Source: Harriotta raleighana
Taxonomy: Eukaryota
Direction of reading: 5' to 3'
Length of the DNA stretch: 64,000 nt
Assembly: GCA_050575255.1 (NCBI GenBank)
Contig: JBNZDD010013698.1
Coordinates: 4,568,588 to 4,632,587, forward strand
In this document: piece after piece, positions 25,600-39,415 of the stretch
Layout: every line of letters begins with the position of its first letter
Numbering within the stretch: position 1 is the stretch's first letter
The notes under the pieces: model-generated
Seen by the model: only the letters and a program-made list of their open reading frames with translations
What the model was told of the DNA's origin: nothing
The model's database searches: none
Position numbers and translations under genes: made by a program

Positions 25600-26460
25600 C
25601 CATATATATGCAGTAGATATCAAACTCTATCTTTCTGCCTCCACCCTTGATTCCAGTACCACTACTATTCAAACAGACTGACTGTCGGACATCAAGTCCT
25701 GGATGAGAGCTAAGTTTCTACAATTGAATGTCAACAAGACAGAGGCCCTATTGATTGGCTCACTCCAGCGCCTCCGCACCTCAGGCACTGGCAGCATCAA
25801 CCTCCATGGTTGCACACTCCACCTCACCAAGCCAGTCAGGCACCCAGGTGTCTTGTTCGATCCTCCATTGTCTTTTCTCCCCACATCAATGCCATGACCT
25901 GCTCTGCTTTCCCTCACCTCCACAATTGCTCAACTCCAGCACTACCTCACCGCTCAGGCCGTTTGTAGTCTCATTCATGCCTTCATCACATACACGCTCG
26001 ACTATGTCAATTCCCTGCTTGTCAGCCTTCCCAACTCCTTCCTTCATAGGGTACAGATCATCCATAACTCTGCAGCCTGTGTCCTCTCCTGCACCAAGCT
26101 CTGCAATTCCATCTCCCCCATTCTCACCACGTACCACTGAATTCCCATCATTCGGAGGATTCAATTCAAGATACTGGTCCTCACCTTTAAAACCCTCCAT
26201 GGTCTTGCCTCACCGTATCTCTGTGACCTCCTAACCCCCAACCAACCTGTCCACTCCCTCCACTCAGCGGACTCTGGCCTGATCCTCGTCCCCTGACCAC
26301 CTGCCTCACCATCGGTGGGCAAACCTCCAACCACTCTCCCCTTCCCCTCCTTCCACCTTCCCAGATCCCTACCTCAGTTCGAGTCTGAAATACTGAATGT
26401 TGAGTTCCTTGGAACATCCTCCCTATATAAAAGGCACTATACAAATATTGTTGAATTATT
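25600..26460 (+). mobile_element. L2 3' fragment
   Basis: FLQLNVNKTEALLIG motif and 3' tail. Confidence 0.9.
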
Positions 26461-29400
26461 ATTTGTATCCTCTAACCACAATGCTGCAGAGGTGGTGTAA
26501 AGCCATGGTCATGGCGCAGAAATGGGTTTGAGAAACGATAGCTTTGGGTCAAACAAGACACCCAAGTTCCTGACTGGCTTGGTTAGGTGGAGTGTGGATA
26601 CACTTCTGATACCTGAAATTTCTCTTTGTTTTAGCCATAGCACCACTGTTTTAAAATATAAGATTAAACAGAATTTTAAAAATTCTTAAATTCATTTTTA
26701 ATTTGGAATAAAAAAAATCCAAATTGCATTTATATAGCGCTTTTCACGTCAGGAGGAAGTCCCATTGCCCTGTACAATCAAGTAGGGATCAGAGTGGGGG
26801 TGGGGGGTGGATTGGGGAAGGCAGATTTGCTAAAAAAAAACTATGGAAACCTCTCAAATTAAATTTTCCGATGTGCACAATCTTAAATTTTATGACAGTG
26901 ATCATTATTAATGAGAAACATTGCCATCCTTTGGATGAAACATTACTACTGAAATCCTGTCTTCCGGTTCAGACAATTAGAAAATTTTGAAGCATATTAG
27001 AAACAAAAAGATAAGTTTTTCCCCGTTGTCCTGGCAACAGTCCTCCAGATAAAATTAGTCATTCACTTCATGGCTATTAGTAGGACATTGCTGTACACAA
27101 TTGTGACTGTTGCATTTACTTAAAAAATACAGTCGCTACACTTATAGAGTAAATTCTGTGAAGCTTTTTGAGATGTTTTGCCTATATAAATGGTCAAATT
27201 AAAGGATTCTTAATTTAGGGATCGAATATTATGGTTTTAGAAACCCAGTCTTCCCTTTAGTGACAACTCAGTCAATTCAATAGTACAGATATTTTCTATC
27301 CTTTTATTTTGTATTACTGTATATGGAAGCTGCGTTGATAATATTACCACGAATGTTGCTTTGACTGGCAGGAGTTACTAAACCATATAATGCAATGGGC
27401 CTAAATTAACATACCTAGAATAGAAATTACAAGAACACTGGAGCTTTATAAATTAATTATTATATCTACGCATAATAATTAATCTCCTGGATACTGGCTA
27501 GCAGGAATTACTTAACCTGACAGTGTCAGAGATCTGATTGACAACAGTGCAGCTGCTGCTGTCTGATAATCTTAAATGCTTCAGCAATTGTGTTCATTTT
27601 GTTCTCTACCACTGTCAGGTTTCAACTCAACTATCCCACAAGGTTCATAATATTATTAGTGAAAAATATTCCAATAATCAGCAAAGAAAAATAATTTAAA
27701 GTCAAGGTTTGCATTGTTTAATTTAAGATTAATGTTAACCAGATTAAACCAGATAGATTTTCTCTGGAGTAACATGCAGTGTACTTATAACAAAAAAAAC
27801 TAGATAAGATCTGATATTCTGTATCATACCCCTATCCCTGTGGCGTTAACACATCAAAGCTATCAGCCTTGAAAATATTACCAGTTGATTTAAGAAAAAA
27901 CAGTATTAACCTGCATCTAACAATTATTAGATTGCTGACAGTTACAGCGAGTAATCCAATCTCTGTTTTTAGCTGACAAAGATGTCATCTGAATCCCTCA
28001 AATGGATTACTGTCACATAATGCATGGGCAGCATTACATAGCTTTGTACTCCTGAGACAAGACACTTTTGTAGGATCAATAGCAGTCACTGCCTCACTTT
28101 CTGCTACACTGAGAACAGGAAAACTCCATTTGTGAACCATCTTGCACCTGGGTTGTTTACTTTGATTTGAGATTAAACACTTCTGATTATTATGCTAAAT
28201 TATTACTCTACAGCATTACGTTAACACATATATTAGGTTAACTAGAAATATAGCATCCCATTAAATCAAAATCAGTTTTTGCTGCTTTGGATGAACATAA
28301 TATATAATATCTTAAATCATAGTAATTTCTATTGCATTCTATTAAGACAAAAATGACTTTCTGAACACAAATACAATAAGTTATATTATAAGTCTGTTAT
28401 ATAGGCATTGTACTGTACCAGGTTGAATTTCTTTTTAAATGGAAAGTACTATGCAGTATATTGATTTCCTGCATCAACTATTAGTCTTTATAACTTGAAC
28501 TTCATATCACTAAAATCATTGTGCTACTATCCCTTATTAATGCTGATATTTCCTTCTAATGACTTCTGGCAGATCTAAGTCACACTTTCTTATCAACGGA
28601 CTCAAAAGCAGGTCGCTGTCATGATGAGAAACCTGCTAATTAAAAAGAAGCTTCACGAGAGATCACAGTCGCCATAGAAACGATTGGCAAGAAAAACAGA
28701 GAGGTCTAGATTGTAAGGAACAAGAATACGGAGCATTTAAAAATATATCATATCAAAGTTGATTTTTGCGAGAGAAAAAAAATATTGTTGTCTTCTTTTT
28801 GAGAGTATAATCTCCTGGTAACACATCAGCAAATCCATGAAAGAATTTGTGCTTTAAAGAAAATATATAAGCAACAGAACTTTGTGGACACACTCTTGTT
28901 ATCTGGCTGTCTTTTCAACTCAAATAGAATCATGTGATGTGATGCCTCTCAGAGTCTGGTTAGTCTGAGGCTCGAAGCCAACACTGATCACCATCCAGCA
29001 AACAGAATGAGGGGTGAGCTCCAATTGGTACTGTATTTACCCAGCAGTAAGAAGGACTAATTTGGTTACTCGATCCATGACAGTTTGTGGGACACTGCTG
29101 TGCAATTGGCTGACGCGTTTCGCCCACAAAATATAGTCAATTCACTTTACAGTATATTCTGTGTAGTGGTTTGAGATGACTCGAAGACATGATAAGACGC
29201 TATATCAAATCCAAAGATTTTTATTGTTTTTATTTGACAATATTCTTTCATAGTCATTATTCTCATCTTTGGAACAGTCTGCAAGGTATTCAATGCAGAA
29301 CTCAAGAAATATCTAGGAACAAATGCCTCGGTATCCTAAGAGGCTGTGCCATTGAATAGTAAGATACTCAAAATTCCCCACAATCTTTTCATGTACCATC

Positions 29401-29535
29401 AAGAGAGAAACACCATGAGGATTTCCCACACAGAGAGAAGGAAATGGCAAGTGGGAGCATCCCCAGAAGAGAGATACACAGTAGATCCATATTGGTAAAA
29501 GGGCAGCATTGCAACAGGTTAAAGAAGCAAAAAAN

Positions 29536-29569
<34 letters not shown>

Positions 29570-29789
29570 GTCTCCTCAGGTTAGAAAGAACTAAAACTGT
29601 TCCCACTGCCAATACATATTTATTGTTCTGTGAATCAAACTGTAAAATATTGTGAGAAAGTCACAACTGAGCATAGGCTGGTCTTTCAATTTACGATTCG
29701 TTTAATAACAACTCCAATAAATCAGGCTGATAATATAAAGTCACTGAGCTATATTTATTGTATAGAAGTATAGTAGTGTAAGTACATAC

Positions 29790-29846
29790 TGAGATATTTT
29801 ATGAATGGGTTTCACACGGCTCCCGACTGTATCAGCATAATATAGC
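29790..29846 (-). CDS. Candidate exon LYYADTVGSRVKPIHKIS (phase 2 to 2)
   Basis: ttatttacacag acceptor, gtatgt donor, single open frame over the full 57 nt. Confidence 0.45.
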
Positions 29847-30445
29847 CTGTGTAAATAAGATTCAGTTGAAGAACACACAGAAGCAATGTGAAGTTAGCTT
29901 AGAATCCATCGTAAAAATATTTTATTAAATTTGTTTGTTTTGGTAATTACTATAATTAGAGCCATTTTTATTCAGTTTAACTAGATATACTGAGATATTT
30001 AATCAACACTTCCAATCCAAATTCTTTGCAGATCTGCTAAATGTCAAGTGTAATAATGATAATTAAAAAGGATTATTAAGCAGTACATAACTATTCTTTT
30101 CTGAAGCTCCCCCAAAAATCTCTATAGAGTTTGGTTTGCTGATAGCATGTACTCTGTTTTTCATAAACATTAAATGTGAACGAGATTAAGTATTGTCACA
30201 AAAGTTGATGAATAATTGCTCCCCTTTCTCTTCTCCCATGTGATTGATGTCTATTCAATGGTAATGGAAGCAGAGAGTAATTTATTTTGAAAGTGAAGGA
30301 ATGTAACGTATTACAGTATTATGTATAAAGTTTATTCAATAATGGTTGATTCCCTAAATTTTAATAAAACACAAATTTGCAATGCTTCACCATACATCCG
30401 ATGTGCACATCAGAGCTGCTTAATTGGCTATTTTGTTTTACATAC

Positions 30446-30483
30446 AAATGACATATCCAGTCCGGGCACATAAGAGCAGTTAC
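30446..30483 (-). CDS. Candidate exon VTALMCPDWICH (phase 0 to 2)
   Basis: aactttatag acceptor, gtatgt donor; phase bridges its neighbours. Confidence 0.35.
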
Positions 30484-31938
30484 CTATAAAGTTCTTTGAC
30501 ATACTTCAACGTTAAAGACGCTATATTAATTACACGGATAACACTAATAATCCTTGCATTTGATATAGTGCAGAAATTTGAAATGCGGCAGCCAATTGTG
30601 CATAGCAGTGTCCCACAAACAGTGGTGGATTAATAATGACCAATTAATTATTGATTTTTTCAAGGGATTATTATCTGGCGTGTGGAGTAAGAAAACTTGC
30701 TCATTCTGCCTGAAATTCCTGTGATCTTATGGTTTCTGAAATATTCTATGAATTTGCTGTACTTCCCTTGAAAATTATCTTCAAAGCTATTTGGAGTTTT
30801 CCGTTTGAAAATGCAAAACAAGATGCAAATATAACTGTGTCACTCCATCTAACTACCACATGTAACTGATCAAAAATATCTTAACAGTTCAAAATCAGGC
30901 TGCTTTTATATTTCCTGCCTTATCTTAGTGGGATGTTTTAAACTACTCCAGTTAATTCTCTGAATGGCATGAAACTCATTTGTAAACCTGAGAGAAAGTG
31001 ATTATCAAATATACAGTTGGTTTTCCTGCTCTCTTCCCCCTACCCCTCCCCTTAAGCCCTTTCCCCCCTTTTATCCCTGGCCCCCTCACTTCCACGACTG
31101 TTTGTGGGACACTGCTGTGCGCAATTTGGCTGCCGCATTTCACCCACAAATATACAGTCAATTTTCCTACTCTCCTTCCCCCTACCCCTCCCCCACTGCT
31201 CTGGCCCCTACCCTTTTCCCCCCTTTCTTCCCTCTGGCCCCTACCCTTTTCCCCACTTTCTTCCCTCTTCTTTTCTCCCTACCCCGACCCCTCCCCCACC
31301 CTGCTCTGGTCCCGACTTGGGACATTGTCGTATTCTGTAAAGCGCTTTGGGACGTTGATAAGATGTGGAAAGCGCTATATAAATGTAAGGATTATTATTA
31401 TTATTATCTAACTGACATGGGTTTCAGGAGTTGAGGGAATAATATTCCAATCACATGGCAAAATGATTTAAATTAAATCTTAGGCTGTTCAGTGAATCTC
31501 CACAGCAGTGTTTTAGCTGTGAGCGGATTTGGAAAGATTGGGTGCTAACTTGTGGCATATCTGAATGGTGTTTCTAAATCTTAAAAAAAGCAGGTGGGAA
31601 AAGCCAGTATTGGAAGTAGATGTGACAGTGGGGAAGAAAAAGATGTAGGAAGTCTTAGAAGAGAAAGAGGAGTTAACAGTAGGGCATATGATGGAGGAGA
31701 CTAGGGATGACTAGGATTACTTTATTACAAATGGGGAAATAACTTGCTGAACAATTAAAAATGTCACTGTAACTGTCATCCCCTAAATGATGTTACAGAT
31801 TCATTGCTCAGTTTAGCCAGCCATGACAGTGTTCCTAATTACAAGCAAATTATATTAGAATGTGAAAATAAAGTCATCAAGGTTATTCCTTATAAAAACA
31901 GCAAGAGCAGACAATCTGGAGCTGCAAAGCCTATTTAC

Positions 31939-31999
31939 CCCTCGAATTTCTGTAAGTCGATGAAATGATTGGATGTCCTCCCTCTCATGGTTGTCTATG
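31939..31999 (-). CDS. Candidate exon IDNHEREDIQSFHRLTEIRG (phase 2 to 0)
   Basis: ttctgtaccacag acceptor, GGG|gtaaat donor; the only open frame matches the previous exon's phase. Confidence 0.6.
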
Positions 32000-33717
32000 C
32001 TGTGGTACAGAAATTCAGACATTGGAGCGAAAATTATACAATTACAGTTTGAAAGTGATAAGTGCCGCAATACCCAGAAGGTTCCAGTATATGGTGTGAA
32101 ATAGGGCTCCATTTTCCGAGCCGCACCTTTTTGCACACAAAAATCTTTTTAAACAATCATTTGGAGTGAGCATAAAACATTGTTCACGTGACACATAATT
32201 GTACAATTACCCCTCTCCGCATCACTTGCCATTAGCTCAGGCATTCTGAAATCTTAGGTTGAAGGAAGGGATCAGATGCAATCAAGGCAGATTACTGTCC
32301 AGTTTCGTAACAACCTATTTTTCAATCCAATGGCTACAAATTAGGCCAAAAAAGGTGCATGTTATCGCTAACCAACCAGATATGTGTTAGTAATATTAAA
32401 GGAACACATTCTTTCCTGTTCTCTCTTTGCTCATTACTGTTCCCGTATATGACAACAAACAGGTGAGCGTAAGAATTCAAAATGATTAATCTGGTTATTG
32501 TGAATTTTCATCATTTTGCAGAGCAAGTCAGCCATAGAAACAAATTATACTGTCTTGAAAGATATATATATATATATAAACAACAACAAAATTCCACTTG
32601 GATAGCTCCTTTCACGTCAGATGAATGTCCCAAGGCATCACTTATATAAATATATATACAAGTGAAGAAAGTCAGCTACCAGTAAAGACTAGATTGCTGA
32701 CTAGCACAGAATTAGTGTTAAATTAACTGTTTATAAGTTCCTTGATATCCTAGTGTGTACAAGTCAAACCCAGCATTAGGCTAAACAGAAGACTACAGCA
32801 TCAAATCCCTATCTGTGAGGAGTTAATCAATCTCAGTTTGGGCAGAATATTTAGCTTGACTGCCGTGGATTAGGAAGGAATAAGTCGAGTAGGTTCCCAC
32901 TCCTGATCAACAGAGAGGATTGAATAAAGCAGGCCCTTCAATAGATTTCATTCCAGAATCTTCATATACCAGCTTCACATTATAACACCAAGCTGTTCTG
33001 AAAATGAGTCCAATGACTTGACTTGTACAAATCCTTCTAGTAACCCAGTGCAGCTGTTAATTAGTGGTTGTGAAATACTTCTTGGTGTCTGTCTTGAAAT
33101 TGATTACCATAAACCTGAACTTGGACTCTCTTAGCTTGCTTAGGCATATTTTCTGCATTTCATCCACAAAATATTCACTGTACGGTATATTTTGTGAAGC
33201 GCTTTGAGATATCTCAATGACGTGATGAGGCATTGTATCGAATGTAAGGATTATTGATAGTAATAATCATCCTTCCATTTGATGCAGTGTTTTACACGTC
33301 TTCTAGATGTCTCAAAGCGCTTCACAGAATACTGTCTACTGTAAAGTGAATTCACTGTACATATGTGGGTGAAACACGGCAGCCAATTACGCACAGCAGT
33401 GTCCCAAAAACAATCATTATTATATCAGAATCAGCTAGTTCATGAGCAGGTCGCCAGCCCTGTGAGCTGGGCAAAAAGGAACACAAGTCCATGACAGTGA
33501 AAAATAAAACAAATAGAATGAAAATTATGAATGACAGAAATGAAGAAGGAAGCAAATAAACCACATTTTTCAAAAATCATTTGGAATCACTCCACAAAAT
33601 ACAAAGGAAGAATTAGTATTGTACATCCATATCTACCACACACTAGCCATCTGCTTCCCAAACAATGTGGAGGAGTTTAGTTTCACATTTGACTGCCTAC
33701 GATAAACACAATCTTAC

Positions 33718-33752
33718 ATGCTTTTTACAAAGTGTAACGCTGCCCCCACATC
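33718..33752 (-). CDS. Candidate exon DVGAALHFVKS (phase 0 to 2)
   Basis: tttttttctcag acceptor, CAT|gtaaga donor. Confidence 0.6.
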
Positions 33753-35258
33753 CTGAGAAAAAAAATCTTATGTGAGCTGAAGACACCAGCAGAGCAAACT
33801 GGCAGCAATTTGCAGCCTTTGCCAGATCTTCTCTCATTATTTATTGCAACTGACTCAATAAATCTCACAGACTCTGGTAAATCTGGTAACACCTCTAAAC
33901 ATCAGAACAATTTACAATATATGTATTGTCATCTTGATCCCTGTATAACCATTAGTTCAACTGTTTAAAAGAAATTATTTTGAGCCATTACAGCTCGCTG
34001 TTTAACACTGCATTTTTTGTTGAAAAAATATACTGTACATTGTACTATTTATTTCTAGTAATAAATAATAATAGTAGTAATGGCAGAGAAATACTTTTGC
34101 GACCTCTCGCTATATATAACAATAGTAGAACCCTAACCTAACCAGATCTTCTTTCTAACAGATCAGCTGTTAGAAGCAGATGCCATAGTGAGCCTGTCTT
34201 GTCTGGCCACACATTGCCTGGGAAAACTGCTTTGTGGGAGATAGGTGGGAACCATCAGGTACCCTCTCTTCAGCCCATCTGTTTTGTCAATACAGGTTTC
34301 TAAAAAGAGCAGCAGAAACACACTATAATATCAAACATTCTGTGCTTGAATTCTATATTTGAATTTGCAAAACGCTGGCTATAGAAATTGTGTATCAACA
34401 ATTCTACTACAGTATTAAGAATTGTACCACAATTGTACCAAAATAAAAATTTACAACCAGTCAGATGGACCACAATGGTCTTTTTCAGTCCTTTACATTT
34501 TCATTTGTTGCTTTATAGAATGTGTTAAGCCAATGCCCAATAAAATCTTCAATACTACATTACCAATAGTTTAAAAAAGGGTTTTAAATGCAGTATGGTC
34601 AAGTAATAAGCAACTGACACTGGTTCTAAGTCAGAACTGAAAGCTTGTGAAGTATTGCTTCAATAATAACACTGACGTAGATGGCTCAACATTCAGCATG
34701 CCACTTTGATGCAAGCTTTAAACTGTACCATTATGTCAGCCACTTCATTTTATGTGCCATAAATACTGAACATATACATTTCTGGGATTCTTATATCAAA
34801 TGTGAAAATGAGAGATTTGGCTTCTCACTTCAAAGCACATTCACTGAATGTTTTAAAGTCCATTCTGTCTCCAGTTAGAGGTTTTAGTAACTCAATAACA
34901 ATCTGCTAACTGGTCTGAGCATAGACTCCTGATGCATTAAATCACTTCCTCTTCACTCTTATTATTTGGAATTTGTGATCCAACCACAACTACTTAATGG
35001 AAAATCACAATCCTGGGGATTGTTATGTATTTTAATATTCAGCAGTACTGAACGATAGGCAGAACTATAAAATTTGATCCAAGATATTTGTGTAAAACAT
35101 TTGGTAAAAATATTTCAGAGAGCACACTCAGTAGTAAATCTCCTCAGCTTGATTATTTGTGAATCAGGATGCAGGCTGGCCTGAAGTGTTGATTTCCAGT
35201 GCTCTCAATGGAATTGCTTCTGGATGCACCTGTAACTCACATCATCAAAATAACTCAC

Positions 35259-35287
35259 TAGTCCATAAGATCCAAAATTGTGGGAAT
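35259..35287 (-). CDS. Candidate microexon DSHNFGSYGL (phase 1 to 0)
   Basis: cttccctcatag acceptor; two in-frame gtgagt donors 18 nt apart. Confidence 0.5.
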
Positions 35288-35719
35288 CTATGAGGGAAGA
35301 TTCTATGATTCTATGATAAAAGCTGTGATATTTTCTCCCAGGAATGAAATCAGGGTTGCATTGTCTCTGGAATGAATGGCCCATCACTCAGTTCTGTTGA
35401 TACTGTGTCACAAGTCAGTGGGGTGCTTGCTTTGGACAAGTCATTTAACATCCTGAGGTGCTGTTTTCTGAGACAAGATACCATATACCATAATAAAATT
35501 GGTCATTTTGATCCACAACTGCTTGTGGGACACTGCTGTGTGCAATTGGCTGCCGGGTTTTACCCACAAATATACAGTCAATTCAAATTACAGTATTTTC
35601 TGTGAAACGCTTTGAGAAGTTTAGAAGACGTGAAAAGCGCTACATCAAAATGCAAGGATTATTATTTATTATTACTATTATTAGCATAGACAGCATTACT
35701 TCAACCCATTATTGGATCA

Positions 35720-36410
35720 GGTATAATTCACTGCTTTCCCTTCTCCCCCACACCCGTTCCCTGACCAGTACCACCTGTTTCCACCGACACCATATTACTA
35801 CGTCCGTGCCTCCCATCAATAGCAGTCAAAACTCTTCTCCATACCTTTGTCACTTCCTGGCTGGACTTTTCAAATGCCCTCCTCGCTGGTCTCTCCTGTT
35901 CCACCAAATGCAAAATTCAATTAATTCAGAATTCTGCTCCCTGGTTACTACCTCACACAAAACTCTGTATCCCCATCACACAAGTCCTTGCCAGGCTCCA
36001 CTGGCTCCCAATTACCAAATGGATCGACTGAAAGATCCTCTCACTTGTTTTCAAATCCTTTCATGCCCTCACAGCTCCCAACCTATCCAATTTGCTTACC
36101 CCCCACTACAACACCCGCAACTTCCGCTCGGCTTACTTCAGCTTCCTGTTCATTCCTTGCCCACTCCACTTCCGCATTGCCGGCCGTGCCACTATGCCGC
36201 AAAACTCTTGAACTCCCTCCCTCATTCCCTCCGCTTTGCCCTTCCCGCTTTCAAATCCCAACCAAAGAACCTACTTTTTGATCACCCTTAGGGTCCCCCA
36301 CCCTCTCTCTCCCCCTGGCTTGGAGTCAGACTCTGCCACTGTCAAGCACTCCAGGACACTACAATGCATGAAGGGAACTATATACAGTAACTGCAAATTG
36401 TTGTTGCTTT
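35720..36410 (+). mobile_element. Old L2 3' fragment
   Basis: Degenerate ORF2 C-terminus (FKSQPKNLLFD) and tail. Confidence 0.8.
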
Positions 36411-37254
36411 ATAATTGCCTTCTGGAATGGCAGAATAAGCTTGCAGCAACTACTGATCTGATGTTCTCACTCCTTTCAGTCTCCTCTAAACTGGGATCAA
36501 ACCTGCCACTAAGAAAATCACAGGCATGAATCTGAAATTGCACTAATTTGTGGCACAATATAACTGGTCTGCCCTTGTATTGAGTTTATTTTTCAAGAAA
36601 CATGAAAAGAATATGTTTGTGAACTTAAATTCAGATCCTTTTGAAAAGTCACCTGGCCCTTGAGGACATTAAATGTCTAATGATGGTAAATTAGTTTGCA
36701 TATATTCATTTATTCTGAAAACAAAATTATAAATTTGTTCAATTTAGCGCATCTGCTATTATTATCAGTGTCACAGCTAATTAGAGATTCTTGAAATCCA
36801 GGACAGATTTCCTGACACCAAACAATGCGTAATAAATTACTATATTTTGTCATTTAACATACCGTAAATTTAAATACTTTATACTAATTTGTGGGAAATG
36901 TAAAATACAATGCAATTCCAATTTACATTACAGAGAGTTTTTCACATAAGGCCACTTTTCAAGGCACTGGACAATCTAAGAAGGAGATGGGGAATGAGCG
37001 AGTTAAAGGGATTCTAGGACAGAATGGGGGCAAAAATGCTGAGATAATAATAATAATCCTTGCATTTGATATAGCGCTTTTCACATCTTATCGACGTCCC
37101 AAAGCGTTTCACAGAATATACTGTAAAGTGAACTGATTGTATATTTGTAGGTGGAATGCGGCAGCCAATTGCGCACACTGTCCCACAAACAGTCATGGAT
37201 TGAAATGACCAATTTTATTATTTTGTTTTTTTTCGAGGGATTATTATTAGTCTG

Positions 37255-38610
37255 ACTGATATCTGGCACATGAAGCAGGCCAGAGCAACTGAATGGATTC
37301 AGCAGCCTGGTTTGTAGGTTATAAAGAGGTTTGAAAAGTAGGATGGGCAAGACCATGGAGAGATTTAAAGGTTAGGATGAGGATATTTAACTCGATCCAC
37401 TGAAGGATGGGAAGCTAGTGGAGCCGAGCGAGGGTGGGAAGATAGATTTACGGAGCTTAGTGCAGAAAAGTACACAAGGTACATAGTTTAAGATTGAGAG
37501 CTTGAGAAGGAAAGAGGCAAGTTGTCTGAGAGGCAAACTGAAAGGTGATGTAATATATGAGAGATCTACATAGACGTGATGAATATGTGTATTAAGGTTG
37601 CAGTGACCCAAAACAGAAGTAGTAGCAGATGCAGGAAATTTTACAGAGCTGAGGGAAAGCTTAATGGGTAGATCATGGATACGGTGTTTGAAGGAGAGTT
37701 GAGATAAGACAACAACAGCAAAATTACATTTGTATAGCGCCTTTCATGGCAGGAGGACAGTCTATGGACAGTCAGTGTTTCGGATCCGAGCTGGGGTCGG
37801 GATCGGGAAAGGTGGAGAGAAGTGGGGGGGAGCAAGGGGTGTAACTGATTGCACAGTCAAAGTGGTGGGTCTTGAGGTGGGACTTGAAGGAGGCTAGGGA
37901 GTGGTCAAAGTGGAGGGATTCCAGAGGTTGTGGGCAGAGTGGCTGAAGGCTCACCCACCGATAGTGAGGTGGGTGGGACAGGGGACAACATCCAACAACA
38001 AAATTACATTTGTATAGCGCCTTTCACTTCAGGAGGATGTCCTAAGGTGATGGATAGTTACTGTGGGGTGGGGGGTGGAAGAGGATAAGGAGTTGCCGAT
38101 GAGTCCATTGAAGAGGAGAGTCTTGGAGCGAGACTTGAAGGAGGTCAGGGAGGGGGAAAGGTGGAGGGACTTCGGGATGGAGTTCCAGAGATTGGGGGCA
38201 GAGTGACTCAAGGCTCGCCCGGCAATAGTTGGACGGGTGGATTGGGGGACGTGGAGCAGGCCAGAGCCTGCTGAACGGGGGAGCAGTTAGGTTGGTAGGA
38301 AATTAGGAGGATGCAGAGGTGGGGGTAAGGCCATGGAGGGCTTTGAAGTTGAGGACCAGCATCTTGAATTGAATCCTCTGTGTGACGGGAAGCCAGTGGA
38401 GTCGGGCGAGAATGGGGTTGATAGGTTCGTGGATCTTGGTGCAGGAGAGGTCACTGACTGCAGAGTTCTGGATGATCTGCAGTTTATGGAGGCAGGAACT
38501 GGGTAGGCTGACAAGCAGGGCATTGGCATAATCGAGCCACCGAGATTCTGCATAGGCTCCAGGAGAAGAAGAGTGCATCCAGGTAGTTTGATGCTGTCAG
38601 TGTTATGTAA
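37255..38610 (-). mobile_element. Cluster of nested or stacked L2 3' fragments
   Basis: Tails at about 37710 and 37995; ILARLHWLPVTQRIQFK motif. Confidence 0.85.
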
Positions 38611-38871
38611 TTTGTTCATTTAAGTAGAAGTAAATCAGAAATGATCCATGTGCATGGTATCAATTTTTCTTCAAATCTATTTGCTAATTCTTTGTAGGGA
38701 TTGATGGATTACATTTGTTGTCTGAAATTATACTAGAATCACAAAAAAATTCCGTCATTAAACCATCGGTGATTTTAAGGGATTTCCAGGCTCTTTTATT
38801 TTTCTTGCTATCTGTACCAATTAGTTACAAAATCATTTTGTATGTTTTCTGATTTACAAAACAATTATAGG

Positions 38872-38946
38872 TCAAGATAGAGCTCAGCTCAACACAATCC
38901 ACTCCTTGTTACTGAGAAGATTGTGTTGAGTTGAGCTCTATTTTGA
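38872..38946 (+). repeat. 75-nt inverted repeat (28-bp stem)
   Basis: tcaagatagagctcagctcaacacaatc ... gattgtgttgagttgagctctattttga. Confidence 0.9.
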
Positions 38947-39199
38947 GTTTGGAACAGCAAATTGAGAGGAACAGAGCTGAATTTTTTTTGTGTTGGACTT
39001 TGCATTTCTAGTGTTTCTGGATTATCATAGTCCATCATCGGGTCACATTTGTGGTAGTTTCAAATGGGATTTTTTAACAAGGAATCGTAAAATGGGAGAC
39101 TCCTTCTATTAACCAGAGTTTGGGAACTTCGCCTGACATGATCTACTTCAAAAATGATTCATCGGGAATTCTGACAGAATTCTTTATCAAAATCCTACT

Positions 39200-39415
39200 A
39201 TGGGCGACCAGGCTTTCAGCCTCTCTGCTCCCACTCTTTGGAACTCCATCCCATAATACCTTCAGTGCCTCCAGCCTCCCTCCTACCCCTCGGCCCTCCA
39301 TCATTCCAATCCTGCCCCTCCCATGCTCGGGTTTTGATGTCTGACTGTTCAGCACATTGGGATATCCTCCCAATGTAAATAGGACTTTACAAATGTAATT
39401 TGGTTGTTGTTGTTT
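39200..39415 (+). mobile_element. Short L2 3' end
   Basis: ctttcagcctctctgc..ggaactcc segment and (ttg)n tail. Confidence 0.8.

Noticed and set aside
29535-29568. Poly-G tract as a G-quadruplex
   Set aside because: Directly adjacent to an N, so its length is unreliable.
35602-36291. 229-aa ORF
   Set aside because: Chance read-through of a SINE tail into a degraded L2.
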